A stretch of 64,000 bases of DNA, taken from NCBI RefSeq assembly GCF_009914755.1, contig NC_060926.1. One strand, 5' to 3'. The stretch comes from the human T2T-CHM13v2.0 reference genome, Homo sapiens. Under the pieces are notes generated by a model. That model was given only the letters and a program-made list of their open reading frames with translations, was not told the DNA's origin and did no database searches. Positions 25,131 to 38,615 of the stretch are shown here, one piece after another. A program made the position numbers and the translations under genes. How positions within the stretch are numbered: the first letter of the stretch is position 1; each line of letters begins with the position of its first letter.

Positions 25131-27472
25131 AGTAGGTGTTTATTGAACCATGAACTACTTCTCTTTCTCTCTACTTTTCTTTCATCTTCTTTCTTGCCTA
25201 CCATGATCATCTCACACCCTATGCTTTGTACTTAAGCTCAAAAGATTAAAACAAAAAAAAAGGAACTTGATATATTTCATTAGCCATTTGGAGTGCTCAA
25301 ATTTATTCTCCTACAATGTTAGTTTACAGACATCTGTTTTATATTAGAGAAAGGGGAGCTCTCCCCAGATTCATATATACCACACATTTCTCCTAGGACT
25401 CATCAGCTAGGACCACATGAGGTCACATTAATAAGAACAGCTCAAATTCCACTAGTTTCGCTAGCCTTTTCTACTTGTTGGTAAAGGACTTTCAGGTCCC
25501 CTGCCAGACCACCCACCTGCATTTCTGGGGCCCTCTAAAGGGTGCCTCAAATGTACTTGCAAGCAGTTTCACCCTGGAGGCACCCAGCAGCCCTGCTCAG
25601 TTTGATCCTCTTATTGCTCTTCTGTAAGCTCTGCCCCCTGACATTGCTCTGCATCTGCTTTCCTGATTTTGGGCCCGCCTGCTCCTTGCTCCCCCAATGG
25701 CCATTTCAGTCTTTCCTGTTTCTCTGCTCAGCACTGTTGGCAGCTGGATTGATTCACCATCAAGGAAGACCTGAGGTGGCATCATAACCAACCTGCCTGC
25801 GGTTTGTGTCAGGGGAGTGGGAAGAGGTAGGAAATGAGACAGCTGGATTCTCTTCCCCTTTGTCTTATGTTCTGGTAGGGTAATTGGAACAGATGGATTA
25901 CACAATTTACTAAACATAATTATTTTGATTAGCAATTACAGCTCTATCTCCCTCTCTTGGGCTTATACATGTGTCCAGGAGGCTGGGGCAGGAGCAGCTC
26001 TGAGGTTTACTATGATGTACTGAGGCTCCCCACCCGACTCTGATAACAGCCTTTGTAATTGGACCAGCAGGTGAACACAGTCTAAGTCCAAGATGAGTTT
26101 CTACTATGTCCAATTCTCTTTGTCACCCCAGGCATTACCAGCACATGCCATTCTAGTGAGACAGGGCTTACAGTGAGCAACGAGAGGCATAGGATATAGT
26201 GGTATGGACTGGGGAGACCATCGCATAACTCGAGTAGATTTGAGCCACCAAAAACATGTATGAAAAGTGACAGAAAATGTGCTGTTGTCTTTAAATGGTA
26301 AAGCCTTCAGTTCCAATATAATTTTCATAAGTTTGTTCTTCATAATTCAGTTAAAGGGCAAAAGCAACTTATTTTTTGCTGCGTTGTGCATTTTAATGAA
26401 ATGCCCTAGAAGCGTTAGCATCTCCTTGTCTTTCCTTCCCCTGGAAAGAGCAATATATAATGAACATGCTGACATTGAAATGAGTAATTAATATGCAGCT
26501 TGTTTAGTCAGTATGAATCAGCGTTTTGATGATGTCTTGTGAGGATAGGATTATAATTGGCAGAATTTCTGCCTTACGGGTGATAATTCTGGATTCTAGA
26601 AGGAACAAATGCATTAAATGGTACTGTTAATTTATCTTATAGTAAAGCATACAGCTTACAAGGGAGAAGTAAAACTTAGACAAATGAATAAAAATGAATT
26701 TAAAATATGCTAGCTTTGAAATATTGAGGTCATTGAAAATTTATGGCAACTCTTGAATTATCCAGGACAACATTTTAAAAAACGAATTTAAGAATTATCT
26801 TCTGTGATGTGTTATCCATAAGGATAATGGATTCTTCAAGATTTACCTGCTCTCTTCTCATTGACTTCTTAGTAATTATGATTCAAAGTGCTGGTTGACT
26901 TTTCCAGTTACCTGATATGCTAGGACTACTGCAGTATTCTTAGAGAAAACTCCCTGAACCAAGCCTACTTTGGAATTCGTGTTTCTTCTGTGAATGTAGA
27001 TTGTTCTCACCCATGCCAAATGAGTTCAGCCTCCAAGCTGTGGCATGATCCTTCAGCCTAACATGCCTTCCACTCACTTATCTACCACATTATTTACCTC
27101 TGTTTCCAAACTCTGCTCTAGCTTCTCCAAAGCTGTTTCCTAATTAATCCTAGATGAGCCTAATCTTTAGTGGAAGGATTTTAGCAAGTATGTTTTTTTG
27201 AAATGCAACTCTTTTGAAATGCTCTGGGTAAAGGGTTTCATGAATAAAGAATTTAGGAAAATGTTGCCTTTATTGTAGGCCTAGAGCACATTCCATAGAA
27301 CAATGGTTCATAGGCAGGGAAACGTGTGATCAAATAAGTTAATCAAGATAAGCTTCTTATAGCAGAACTTTTAATACATGTCCTAGAAATCATGTACTCT
27401 AGAGGTGATAACTTGATATTAAGATTACATTTGCTTATGTGATTTTCAGATTATTTACTAATTTCTTCTCCA

Positions 27473-27777
27473 TTTTATTTATTTATTTAGTCTTGCTCTG
27501 TCACCCAGACTGGAGGGCAGTAGTGCAATCTCAGCTCACTGCAACCTCCACTTCCCAGGCTCCAGCAATCCTCCCACCTCAGTCTCCTGAGTAGCTGGCA
27601 TTACAGGCACACGCCACCATACTCAGCTACTTAAACATTTTTGTTTTTTGTTTTTTTTTGTAAAGATGAGGTCGTACTATGTTGCCAAGCTGGTCTTGAA
27701 CTCCTGGGCTCAAGTGATCTTTCTGCCTCAGCTTCCCAAAGGTGTTGGGATTATAGGCATGAGCCACCGTGCCCAGC
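27473..27777 (-). mobile_element. Alu (AluJ-like)
   Basis: ctcctgggctcaagtgat and cctcccacctcag J-type diagnostics; TSD-like ctccatttta on both sides. Confidence 0.95.
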
Positions 27778-29016
27778 ATTCTCCTCCATTTTATGTAAAG
27801 TGCTTCAGTCTTATTGTCTCATCTATCCAAGCACGCATATGTAACTCTGCTCAAAGTAGACTTCTAATTCACATTGACTGAATGTAAAAACGGAAGATTA
27901 ATTGTGATAGACCTGGAAGTTACTATCCTATCTTGATTTGCAAAGATTCCTCGTATTTTTATAAATATTGCCTAGCAACTTTGTCTTATACTGGCCCTGT
28001 CCATCACTTCTTCTAATTCTCTAGTCATCACCTTACTTAAAAATGCTGCTAAACACATTCAACTTCAAAGCTATATCATGGGCCTTTGATTTTAGTTCCT
28101 ATTGCTGAAGTCTGGCCTTTCCCGGGTGTGCAAGTCACAGCTGGTAATGATGGGGACCAGATGATGCCCTAGCAGCACATTAAAGGTTTTTACCAGGATG
28201 TGGTTTGATGGTTTTGCTTGGGTATTTTGTTGTTGTTATTCTTTCCTTTGGAATGTGAGTTGTGGCCAAGAATTAATTCCCTGATTGCATTTTTGCTCTC
28301 CTTACACATTTGGAGAGTTGGAAAGTATACAGAAACATAAGGAACATCCTTGTAAACCACTTCTCAAGCTAACTAATAGGCTCTTATAGGGTGACTTTTA
28401 ACTGTGACCTTTTGTTTATTCAATAAATATGCTTCTATTATGTCCAAAATGCCACACTGTGCCACACTGACATCTTGGCCTTATGATTTTTACCAAAGCA
28501 TCATTATTCTAGACTTTTAGAACCACTTAAATGCCTGTAGACATAATTCATTGAATATCACAAAAAAGATGTTCACCTTTACAGTGTGTGTTCACATCAT
28601 AATGTGATGGGGCGTGCATGCTCTTATGATGGTTGAGATGCACTGTAAACAATATATAGGGTATTACTATTTAAAATGTTTACTGTATTTTTTTCATAAC
28701 ATTGTCATGTGTCCATTGTAGAGAATTAGAACAATATAAAAAAGGACAAGAAAGAAATTAAAAATCATCTATAATCTTACCACCTTAAGGTAACCATGTA
28801 TATCTCACTCTTTATTTTATGGTTGGGGAAAAACATAGGATTAGTTAAATTGATACTCCAACCATTAGTGTCAGCATCATAACTAGACAATCTGCCTGTT
28901 AGTACCATTCACCAGACTCAGAACCTAGTGATGATTTTATATTGAGCAATTCTAAATGTTAGAGCTATCCAATCCAAGATGATTTTTTCCTAAATTTATA
29001 CTCTCTTTCTCTTTAT

Positions 29017-29415
29017 TATCTTAATCCATTTCGCTGCTATCACAAAATACCTGAGACTAGGGCATTTACAAAGAATGGAAATTTATTTTCAACAGTTTTG
29101 GAGGTTGGGAAGTCCAAGATCAAGATGCTGTCAGGTTTGGTGTCTGGCAAGGACCCCATTCCCTGCTTCCAAGACGGTGCCTTATTGCTGCATCCACTGG
29201 AGGTGATAAAGGTTGTGCCCTCATATGATGAAAGGACAAATGGCAAAAGGGCCTAAGCTGGTTCTTCCCAGCCCTTTTAAAAAGCGCTAATTCAATTATG
29301 AGGGCAGAGTCCTCCCAACTTAATCACTTCCCAAAAGGTGCCACCACTTAATACCACCACAGTGGGAACTGAGTTTCAACACGAATTTTGAAGGGAACCC
29401 ATTCAAACCACAGCA
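29017..29415 (-). mobile_element. MaLR solo LTR (MLT1A0-like)
   Basis: tggaggttgggaagtccaagatcaagatgc...ggtttggtgtctgg...attcaaaccacagca; flanks tttat/gttat. Confidence 0.9.
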
Positions 29416-29454
29416 GTTATTTTACCAGGCTGAGGACTTAGAACTATTTATCTG

Positions 29455-29680
29455 TCCCAAATGTACATCTCTAACCCTGGCCACTCCTTAAAATCTTAAC
29501 TCCTATCGTCAACTGTCATATGGACAAATCCATTTAGATGTCTAAGAGGCATCTCAAACTTAACAAGGCCAAAGCTGAAACCCTGATGTTCCTCTCTCTA
29601 GATAATTTTTTTTCCAGGCGGTTTTTCACATCTTAATAAGGAGCATAACATCCACCCAGGTGCTCAGGTCAAAATCTTCA
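29455..29680 (+). mobile_element. L2 fragment
   Basis: agatgtctaagaggcatctcaaacttaaca...catccacccaggtgctcaggtcaaaa. Confidence 0.8.
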
Positions 29681-29689
29681 CCTCATTTA

Positions 29690-30077
29690 GCGTTTATGAA
29701 TCTGGAGAAAGACCTGGGGTAATGCCAGATTTCTCTGGGCAAAGCCATTATTCAAGAATGTAATTTATAGAGGTCAGTTCTTCCCCTGCTAGAAGCAAAT
29801 GGAATCCTGTCAACCCCCATGCCGGGGGTAGGCATGACTTTGGCAGAACAAATGTTTTTCATATTGAAAAAAAATACCCTTATGGATGACCCAGTCATAT
29901 GTAGCAGACTTCAACAACTGCTGTTTTTGGCAGCAAAAATCAACCCCAAGGGCTGAAATTTTCAAGCAGTGGCCTTCTGAGTAGCTGCCAATAAAGAGTA
30001 TTCAGCAGGTTGACTGAAAAACAGAATTTCCAGCGAGCCAAGAAACTAGGAGAACCTGGGTCAGAAGAGATCACAAC
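29690..30077. mobile_element. Possible old ERVL-type LTR remnant (LTR16-like)
   Basis: Diffuse similarity only. Confidence 0.3.
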
Positions 30078-30221
30078 CCAGAACAGGAGGTTGTCTTTTA
30101 GGGGTGATATGTTAATCTACTTCCTCTCTTCTCCCACAGGGAACCTGATGGAATAAACTGCTGTGAGAGGGAGTATTGAAAGTAAGTGAAAAAAAGAAGG
30201 GATGGTGGAAAATTCTTCATG

Positions 30222-30340
30222 GATTCATTGTTATTGGGGAGGGGCACTTTGTATTTATGCAGATAGCCCCACATGTTGTAGGACATTTAACATCTCTGGT
30301 TGGGAATGCCAGAAGAGCCCACCAGTCACTGTGATAACCA
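30222..30340. mobile_element. MER20-like (hAT-Charlie) fragment
   Basis: tgttgtaggacatttaacatctctgg...atgccag...ccagtcactgtgataacca. Confidence 0.55.
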
Positions 30341-30361
30341 CAATAGAGTTTAAGGAAAGGA

Positions 30362-30388
<27 letters not shown>
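30362..30388. repeat. (TG)13 microsatellite
   Basis: Perfect dinucleotide run. Confidence 0.97.
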
Positions 30389-30392
<4 letters not shown>

Positions 30393-30879
30393 GAGAGGAG
30401 AAAGCTCTTTTACCTCCTGGGGTGGTTAGAGTTAGGGAGACATGGTGACACACTGGATCAAGGGCAGCCCATTTCAGGATCCTCGAGGATTCCTCAGACA
30501 GGGCAGAACGCCTATTGCCAGGGTCCTGCGGGAGAATTCTTCCATCCTGAACTGAACTGACAAGGAATTCTGGGAATTGTTTTGCCATATGCATCCAAAT
30601 TCCTGTTGGAGTAGGATTCTATTACACACCCTTAAATAACCAGAGTGTATGACACACTGGAGCATCTGTGATGTCATTTTCTCTGTGATACATTCTAGGG
30701 GCCTGAGTAATACTAATTAAAAAACATATGTTCCGTCTCCCTGCCGCTTGGGGCCAGGACTAGCTCTGGTGATCATCACATGCATATAGGAAGAAGGGTA
30801 CAAAAAATAATCTCAGATGATTTAGACTCATCTGCCATGAATATCAATTTCATAAATTTTATAAGTACGCTAACATACA

Positions 30880-31030
30880 GCATGCCCTTGGGCTATTTAT
30901 TTCACTTCTCTTAACCTCAGTTTTCCTATCTGTAAAAGGATAATGATACTTACTTTACAATGTTATAAGAAAGAATGGATAAAATAATTATGTGAAGTAT
31001 CTGAGCCACATTTCATGGCTAAATGCTTGT
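30880..31030 (+). mobile_element. MIR
   Basis: cctcagttttcctatctgtaaaaggataat. Confidence 0.7.
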
Positions 31031-32324
31031 TAATTCCCCATCTAGCCAGACAGCCTAGATAATTAATTACCTGAAGTAAGGAAAATACTTTTGACTAAAT
31101 TACGTTATATAGTTTTATAAAAGTCTGTCTTTTTAAGGTACTTTCCAACCTTCCTCTTGTCCATCTCATGCTTCTGCACAGCCAGCACTAGACAACTTAC
31201 AAGAATGCATCTACACATTACCCTGAAGTTTAAACTGAAATATTAAACCTATGAGGATGTCAGCAGGAAAATGGGTTCTGTAATTTTTCTAGAGCCAAAG
31301 AGAGGGTATGATATACCATTCAATCTGGGCATCGAGTGACAGTTGTCTCATAACAAATTGGTGGAAACAAGAAGGGAAAAATAATCAGCTTGGAACTGAT
31401 GTATGCTGCAGGCAGCACCGGCATTTATACTACTCATGGCATGACTAAGCATTTGTTTGCTGTCATGTAACATAACCTTGAAGCCAAATACTTTTAAATA
31501 TCTGCAAAAAACTCAAATAATTGGAGAGATTCCTTAAGAGGCATTCAGAAGTTACAGAAGTCAGGGATGTCAGTAACGATATAAACATTAAGATGATAAA
31601 AACGAAGCTGGGATATGTGTAGTCAGACATCAAAATGGAACAGGCTGTTAATGGTGCTTCCTTTTGCTGTTGTTCATTCTTTAAGACATCCTTTCTTATT
31701 CAGACAGCTTCATCTTTTTTCCCCAACCTCCATCTTTTCTGTTTCTTTCAAATTTCTCTGTAATACAGTCCTTATACTTTCCCCTCCCCAAAATGTCCCT
31801 TGAACACCATGAATATTCCAGTTGTCTTTTATCACAGGATGGATACATAAAGCTTTCTTTATGTGTTTATATACAGCATGAACCTAAGCAAAACAATTAC
31901 AAGAATTGCTGAAGCAAAAAAAAAAAAAATGTGTTAAAGTCCCAATGTTCTCGTTTACTAATTAACCCAGATAAAGGCATACTTTCCAAAACTGCTTTCA
32001 TTTCACGTAAGAGTGCCAAAATTAATGAACTATTCAAGCTCAGCTGGAGTCTCAAAAATATGGTACCTAGTTCTTACAGGAAATACTTTTATTTTTTCAA
32101 TAAAAATGGAAAAACTGGGAAATGAGCCAGTGGCTTCTCCTTCTCTTCCAATATCTTCTGTCTTGACCCTGAGGTTAAATATACTCATCACAGACACGGG
32201 CACAGACATATGTGACCTCACAGGGGCTGAAAAAGAAATCAGAAACAGCAAGAGAGGCAAAAATAAAAAAAAAAAGAAATAAACAGCGGGTCATTTCTGA
32301 CACGTGTGTCATATTTGAGCAAAG

Positions 32325-32690
32325 TAATAATAGCTTAGCATTAATTGGGTGCTTACTGTTTATGTGTGTGCCCCCCATGATACGTGCTTTACAGGCGTTA
32401 TTTATCTGTTCCTCACACAGCTCTAAATGGTAGCTAATGACGACCACAGCAATCATTCAAGTAACATTTATTATGTGTTAAGTACAGTTCTAAGCACTTT
32501 GTAAACGTTAACCCATTTAATCTTTGTAAAAATTGTGTGAGATAAGTACTACCAGTATTCCTATTTCACATGGGAGAAAATTGAAGCACAGAGAATTTTA
32601 GTAATTTGCTCAACATCACAGTTAATAAGTTAGAGGACCTATGATTTCAACCCCGGGGCTGGTACCAAATAGTAGTAACCACCACTAAAG
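32325..32690 (-). mobile_element. Two adjacent MIR fragments
   Basis: aataatagcttagcatt...; gttctaagcactttg...gagaaaattgaagcacagaga...ttgctcaacatcacag. Confidence 0.8.
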
Positions 32691-33039
32691 CTATAGGCTA
32701 CTTCTCCTGGGTTGAAGGATGCTTGGCATTTTATGTGCACAGTGTTTGCAGACTTTATACCCAAAGTTTTTGTCTTCTGAGTAGCCAACATTAGGACTGC
32801 TGAAGACAGAAGGGAGACCAAGGTGATCCCAACTAGGGAGGGAGTAGGGGTTAGAGTGTGGAGATGGGCGAGAATGTGCCCTGTGAAGGCACAAAACAGG
32901 GAAGATGAGAGAAAACCAGGAAACATGCCTGAGTGAGGACCCACTCCTACCGATTTTAGTGAGAGATGCACTTCATGACCTGACAATGTCTCTAGCTTTG
33001 GACCTGCAGGGATTCATTCCCAGTCCCTCAGTGGCAGCA

Positions 33040-33270
33040 ACCATGTCCAAATAGCTATCATCTTTTATGAAGACTACATTTCTATCTGCCATTTTGTCCT
33101 TCTATTATCCTGTCCCCCACCTAACAGCCAATAGGGAGCTTTTAAAAGTGTAAATTGGGTTATGAGGCCCATGGCTGGAAATCATCCAAATCCTTCCTTC
33201 TCTCTTGGAATAAAATGCAGACTCCTCACCCTGGTGTTCGGGGCCCTAGGTGACCTGCCTTTGCCTAACT
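33040..33270 (+). mobile_element. L2 fragment
   Basis: cttggaataaaatgcagactcctcaccctgg...gtgacctgcct. Confidence 0.6.
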
Positions 33271-34659
33271 AGGTGGAAAACTTTAGTCTCAAAAAGAACA
33301 TTCTGTATGGGATATACATTACTTGGCTAAAAACATTTTCCTTAATATAATATTTTGTGCTATCAAACATGATTGGGAAATTTACATTTATAGGCTTAAT
33401 AGTTTTCAAACATATCATTTGTCTTCAGCAAAAATACAGAACATCAGAAACCGGGTTCTACAAAGAAACCATAAGTGAAATTCATAGGAGAGAGTTGGTT
33501 TTCAACACCTACCACATTTTAAAAGCTCTGACGCTAGATAAACACAACAGCATGAATCAAATATAAACATTCCTCTGCCCCTTTGCCTTTCTTCTATTTT
33601 GCTGCTCCTTCCCTAAATATCAGAAGCCAGTCAGCAAAATATATAGGAAAGAGGAGAATCTTGACTACTAAAACTTTTAAAACTAAGAGCAATATTGACT
33701 CCAAAGAATCAAAGAGTGAAGGCAAGGCCTGGAGTAGGGGAGGCATGTATACCAAATTTTGGGGATATCCACCCACAAAGTAGAACTACCTAATTGTGTA
33801 AATGCTATTTATATAAGAGTACTATCAAATATAAAGTTTTAATATGTATGCAGCATTTTCATTTCATTGTCAAAAATATGAAGTACCTTTTAATCACTGC
33901 TAAGGTCTTGCCACCTGTTTATTTCTTGACACCACAATAGAAACATGATTTTCCTTTTTTGTCTTGTTAACATCGAGTTAGAAGTAGTTCAAACTATTTA
34001 GAAAACTAAAGAGAACCATGGAGGCCAAATCAACCAAAGGGCTGAGTCATCCACTAAAATCCTCAAATCTTTTTGAATGCTTTTGGCTAGCATCCCAATT
34101 AACAGTGTGATAACTCATTGCTTCAATTCTCTTTCTGCTACACCAAGTACTCCTAGGATTGCATCTCATAGAAGCTTCCTGTGGCCTCTCCTATAACACT
34201 TTGAATTCTCAACATTGATTTCTGCCTGAAGGGCTTCCTTGAGATATCATGCTAACCCCATCCTATACAAACACCCAGTTCACTTGAGGATGATCGATGG
34301 TCTATTCTAGTCCTGATCAAATCACTTGCCGCTTCTGTGATTATTCAGGCTCTTGGGCTGGGTGCAATCAGGCAGAGAATTATTAGAACATTGACAGATT
34401 AGTCTCATCAGTTACCTGCTGTGACCACCAGCTTTCTGTATATTAATAAGAAAAAAGGTAGCCTGCTGATTGCCATTAAATTACACGAGGATATATTTGT
34501 CTTATGGAACTCCAAGGCATTTAAATGTGATGTAAGATCAAAATTTATTAAAGAAGGCGAAAAGATGTCCCAGCAAACGTTTCCCAGGAGGTGAAAGTAT
34601 AAAACTTGCATAGTGGAGAAGATAAGTACATTTTATGTTTAATCATTTTCAGTGTGAAA

Positions 34660-35280
<621 letters not shown>

Positions 35281-35282
35281 GG

Positions 35283-35675
35283 TGTGGAGATACTGAAGGT
35301 TTTCCTACTGTCCTATGGACCTGTTGCTTCTTGCTGCAAGCTTGGCAACTCTACCAGATAGCCTTTTCTGGCTATGGAGGCATGCTCAGTGGGCATACAG
35401 GGTGAGATTGTTGGCATCAGGGAGTTGATGCCCCTGAATGCAATCCCAATCAGTGACAAACAGTGGCTTCCTTGTCCCTCAGGTGGGACAGTTCCAAGGT
35501 GTGGTTTATTCCAATGTCCTGAAGACACTCAGTGGGGCTGCACCTCAGTTACCAAGACTGGCTAATAATCATTAACTTTATATTGGTTCTCTTCCCTTTT
35601 CTGCCTTATTTCTCTGTTCTCCTGATGGATGCTTCCTGGGATCACTTCCCAAATAAACTACTTGCCCTCAAATAC
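35283..35675 (+). mobile_element. ERVL LTR (LTR16-like)
   Basis: gggagttgatgcccc...ccctcaggtgggacagttcc...cttcctgggatcacttcccaaataaactacttgc. Confidence 0.75.
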
Positions 35676-35764
35676 AATCTATGACAATGAAGAAGCACAA
35701 GCCATGATAAATAACCAGCAAACTGCCCAGCTTTGTTTAAAGAGGTGTGGGTCTATAGGACAAA

Positions 35765-36010
35765 ATAATAGCAGAGGCAGCAAAGTTTTTGGCATTTTAT
35801 TCTATGCCAGGAATTGTGTAAAACACTTGCGTATGTTCTCTCTCATTTAATAATCAGGAAATGCCTAGGAGTTATATAAAACTATAAATCAGTGGCACTG
35901 AAAGGTTAACTAAGTAGCTCAACATCACACATCTGTCAGGTGGGGAAACCAGAATCCAACTCTGATCTCTGAGATGCAGAAACCTGATTTTGAAATCCAA
36001 TGCTCTTCCA
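35765..36010 (-). mobile_element. MIR
   Basis: tctatgccagg...ggcactgaaaggttaactaagtagctcaacatcacac. Confidence 0.65.
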
Positions 36011-36289
36011 CCTCCCTAACATTGTTGAGGTTATTGAATGCCAGGCTGGAGAATTTCTACTTACCTGGGAGAACACTGAGTAACCATGGAAGTTCCTGAG
36101 ACAACTGAGGTACAACAGAGAAGCCTCAGGTTGGTGACACTAACAAGAAAAAAGAGAATGTTTACACTGTAAGCAAAGCCTGGTTTGGAAATATCAGAGG
36201 AGCTCAGCCATCCAAGGCCCTGCTTAGATGCTCCTAGTACATGGATAGTCAATGCATGGTAACTGGTTGGGGAGCTCTAAAATTGAAAT

Positions 36290-36500
36290 TCAGGTTCCAA
36301 TTCAGTAATCAGACAAACCTTGGTCAGAGTCCTGGCCCCATTATTAGGTTTTTTGGAGCTGAATGAGTTACCTCCATTCTCTGAGCCTCAGGCATGTTAT
36401 TTGTAGCAATTCAAGTTAATTCACAGGGTTGTTATAAAGATTAGGAGAGCTAACAGGTTGAAATAACTTTGCCTTTTGCCTGACATGCTCAGTGTACATT
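36290..36500 (+). mobile_element. MIR
   Basis: tctctgagcctcag...tcacagggttgttataaagatt. Confidence 0.65.
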
Positions 36501-37579
36501 AGCTGGTATCAGGGAAGCCTGGAACTATATCTTGGGCACATGTGGTCTGACCCTTTTTTAAGGTCCCACAAAATTTAGCCTCTTCACCAGCTTCCACAAA
36601 AAAATTCAAGCATATCAAGCATGTTGTTGCTTTATTGAAGATTTGTGGGGCTAATATACAGAGTGAATATGGAGGTACATTCTTGGTAATGTATGTCCTC
36701 ATAAGACCTGCTTCTCAAACCCTTTCTTACTCTGCTGTCAGAGTTTTATAAGACCAACAGATGAAAAACAGTGGTAGTAGGGCCACAGTGGGAATATACT
36801 CTGGCATGTGTGGAACAAGACCTGCTTTCCTCCTGCTTTTGAAGATGTTCTAATGGAAGTCCCACTGAGGACCAAGTTCATGGGTGCTGCTGTTGCATTT
36901 TGGTATGAGCAGGAATATACAAAAGGCAGAAAGGACATGTTTACTAAAAGGCAAGCTCATAGAGTAATCTGGAAATTAAGGGAGCCAGCTGCACATGCCT
37001 TGGATTTTTACCTGTTATAAAATATTCTTCTATAATACCCTCATGTTCATATAGTGCCTTTTTGTTTTTAGTACAACTTGGAACATAGTATTTTTCCAAA
37101 TTATCATCCATATACTAGACATTTTTCATTGCAGTGAAATTTGATTAGGTTTAAAGGGTGTTTTGCACTTAATCCCAGCCTTGTTCTTGGTCTTACAGGG
37201 GAATTCAGAGAAATGTAAGACACATTTCCTTCCCTAAGTAGCTTATAATTTCATCAGGAAGAGGAAAAGGAAGTACTAGCATATGGTCAATGTAGAGAAA
37301 GAACTATGTGTCTGTGGGTGGGAATTATCTAAAGAAGTGGGGAGATGGAACTTGAGCTTGGATGTATAAAATGGTTGTGGTATAAGTAAATGAAGAAGAT
37401 GACATTTGTGAAGAAAGGAGCAATTGGAACAAAGGTAGAAGGAAGACCAGGAATAATTTGGGTAGATGATAGTGAGAATATTTGCCTATCAGAGTGGTAA
37501 TCACTGAAAGTAGATTTGGAAAAGAGAAGTATACTCATATTGGAAAGAGTTTTGGCTTCCAGGAGGCAGCGTTGTCCTC

Positions 37580-38615
37580 TGAACCTTGTTCCAAGCTCCC
37601 ATCTTCTCACTTATGCTGATACAACAAGATCATAACTTGTCTCCTGAATCCAGTTTGCATGGCCCACGACAGGCAAAGTGATATTCTTAAAAATGCTGAA
37701 TTAGCCATGTCACTTCCCTGCTACAGCCCTTTCCCAGGGAGGAATTCAAAACTGTTAACATGGCCCATGAGGCATTTGATGCTTGTGATCTGGTTTCTGC
37801 TGACCTTTAAACTTCATCTCACTCTCTGCACACTCCCCACTCCAACTCCTTGTTCAGCCACATTGGCTTTGATTCTGTCCCCGAATGATCCCTCCCACAC
37901 CTACTGGAAAGCCTTAACTTGTGCTAGAAGGTTCTTCCCCTCCAGTTCTCGCCTTCACCTAATTCGTCAGTCTTTATCATGAACTGCAGCTCATGGCACA
38001 CATAAGACATGCTAGGGGAAGCTTTCCCTGACTCCCTAGAGTAAATCCCCAATTTTTTGATCACAAAACACCTACACATCAGTTTTCGTTTTTTTTTTTT
38101 TTTTTTTTTGAGATGGAGTTTCACTCTTGTTACCCAGGCTGGAGTGCAATGGCACGATCTGCGCTCACTGCAACCTCCCTTCCCAGGTTCAAGCAATTCT
38201 CCTGCCTCAGCCTCCCGAGTAGCTGAGATTACAGGCATGTGCCACCACGCTCGGTTAATTTTTTGTATTTTTAGGAGAGACGGGGTTTCTCCATATTGGT
38301 CAGGCTGGTCTTGAACTCCCAACCTCAGGTGATCCACTCACCTCGGCCTCCCAAAGTGCTGGGATTACAGGCATGAGCCACCACACCTGGCCTACATGTC
38401 TGTCTTTTAAGACTGAATCTCAGTTTGTGCTTACCTATCTATTTATATGACTATTTAAATGCTGTCTTCTACTGGACTATAAACACCAGGAGGAAACAAA
38501 ATGTTTGGTTTGCTCATGGTTGCATCTCAGCAATAGCACAATACCTGACAAAGAATAGACACTGAATGGAGATCTGTTGGATTAATAAATGGTTCAATGA
38601 ATTAATTGGTGAATG
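37580..38615 (+). mobile_element. L2 3' region, interrupted by an Alu (antisense L2 fragment at ~37200-37560 upstream)
   Basis: catgtcacttccctgct...gctttccctgactcc...; 3' end atagcacaatacctgac...tgaatgaa. Confidence 0.75.
38089..38392 (-). mobile_element. Alu (AluSp-like)
   Basis: gtttcactcttgtt, gagtgcaatggc and ttctccatattggtcaggctgg diagnostics. Confidence 0.97.

Noticed and set aside
29813-29836. Overlapping alternative hairpins accccc/gggggt and catgcc/ggcatg
   Set aside because: Arms are only 6 bp and probably lie in an old LTR; no support for an RNA switch or a full p53 site
22064-30340. Co-occurrence of MER39-like and MER20-like elements, as at the decidual prolactin promoter
   Set aside because: They are about 8 kb apart, both families are abundant, and no prolactin exons are present
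30479-30490. Perfect 12-bp palindrome atcctcgaggat
   Set aside because: Roughly 16 such palindromes are expected by chance (64000/4096)
37200-38615. Oppositely oriented L2 fragments as a possible miRNA-like hairpin
   Set aside because: They are arranged 5'-to-5' and too diverged to show a visible stem
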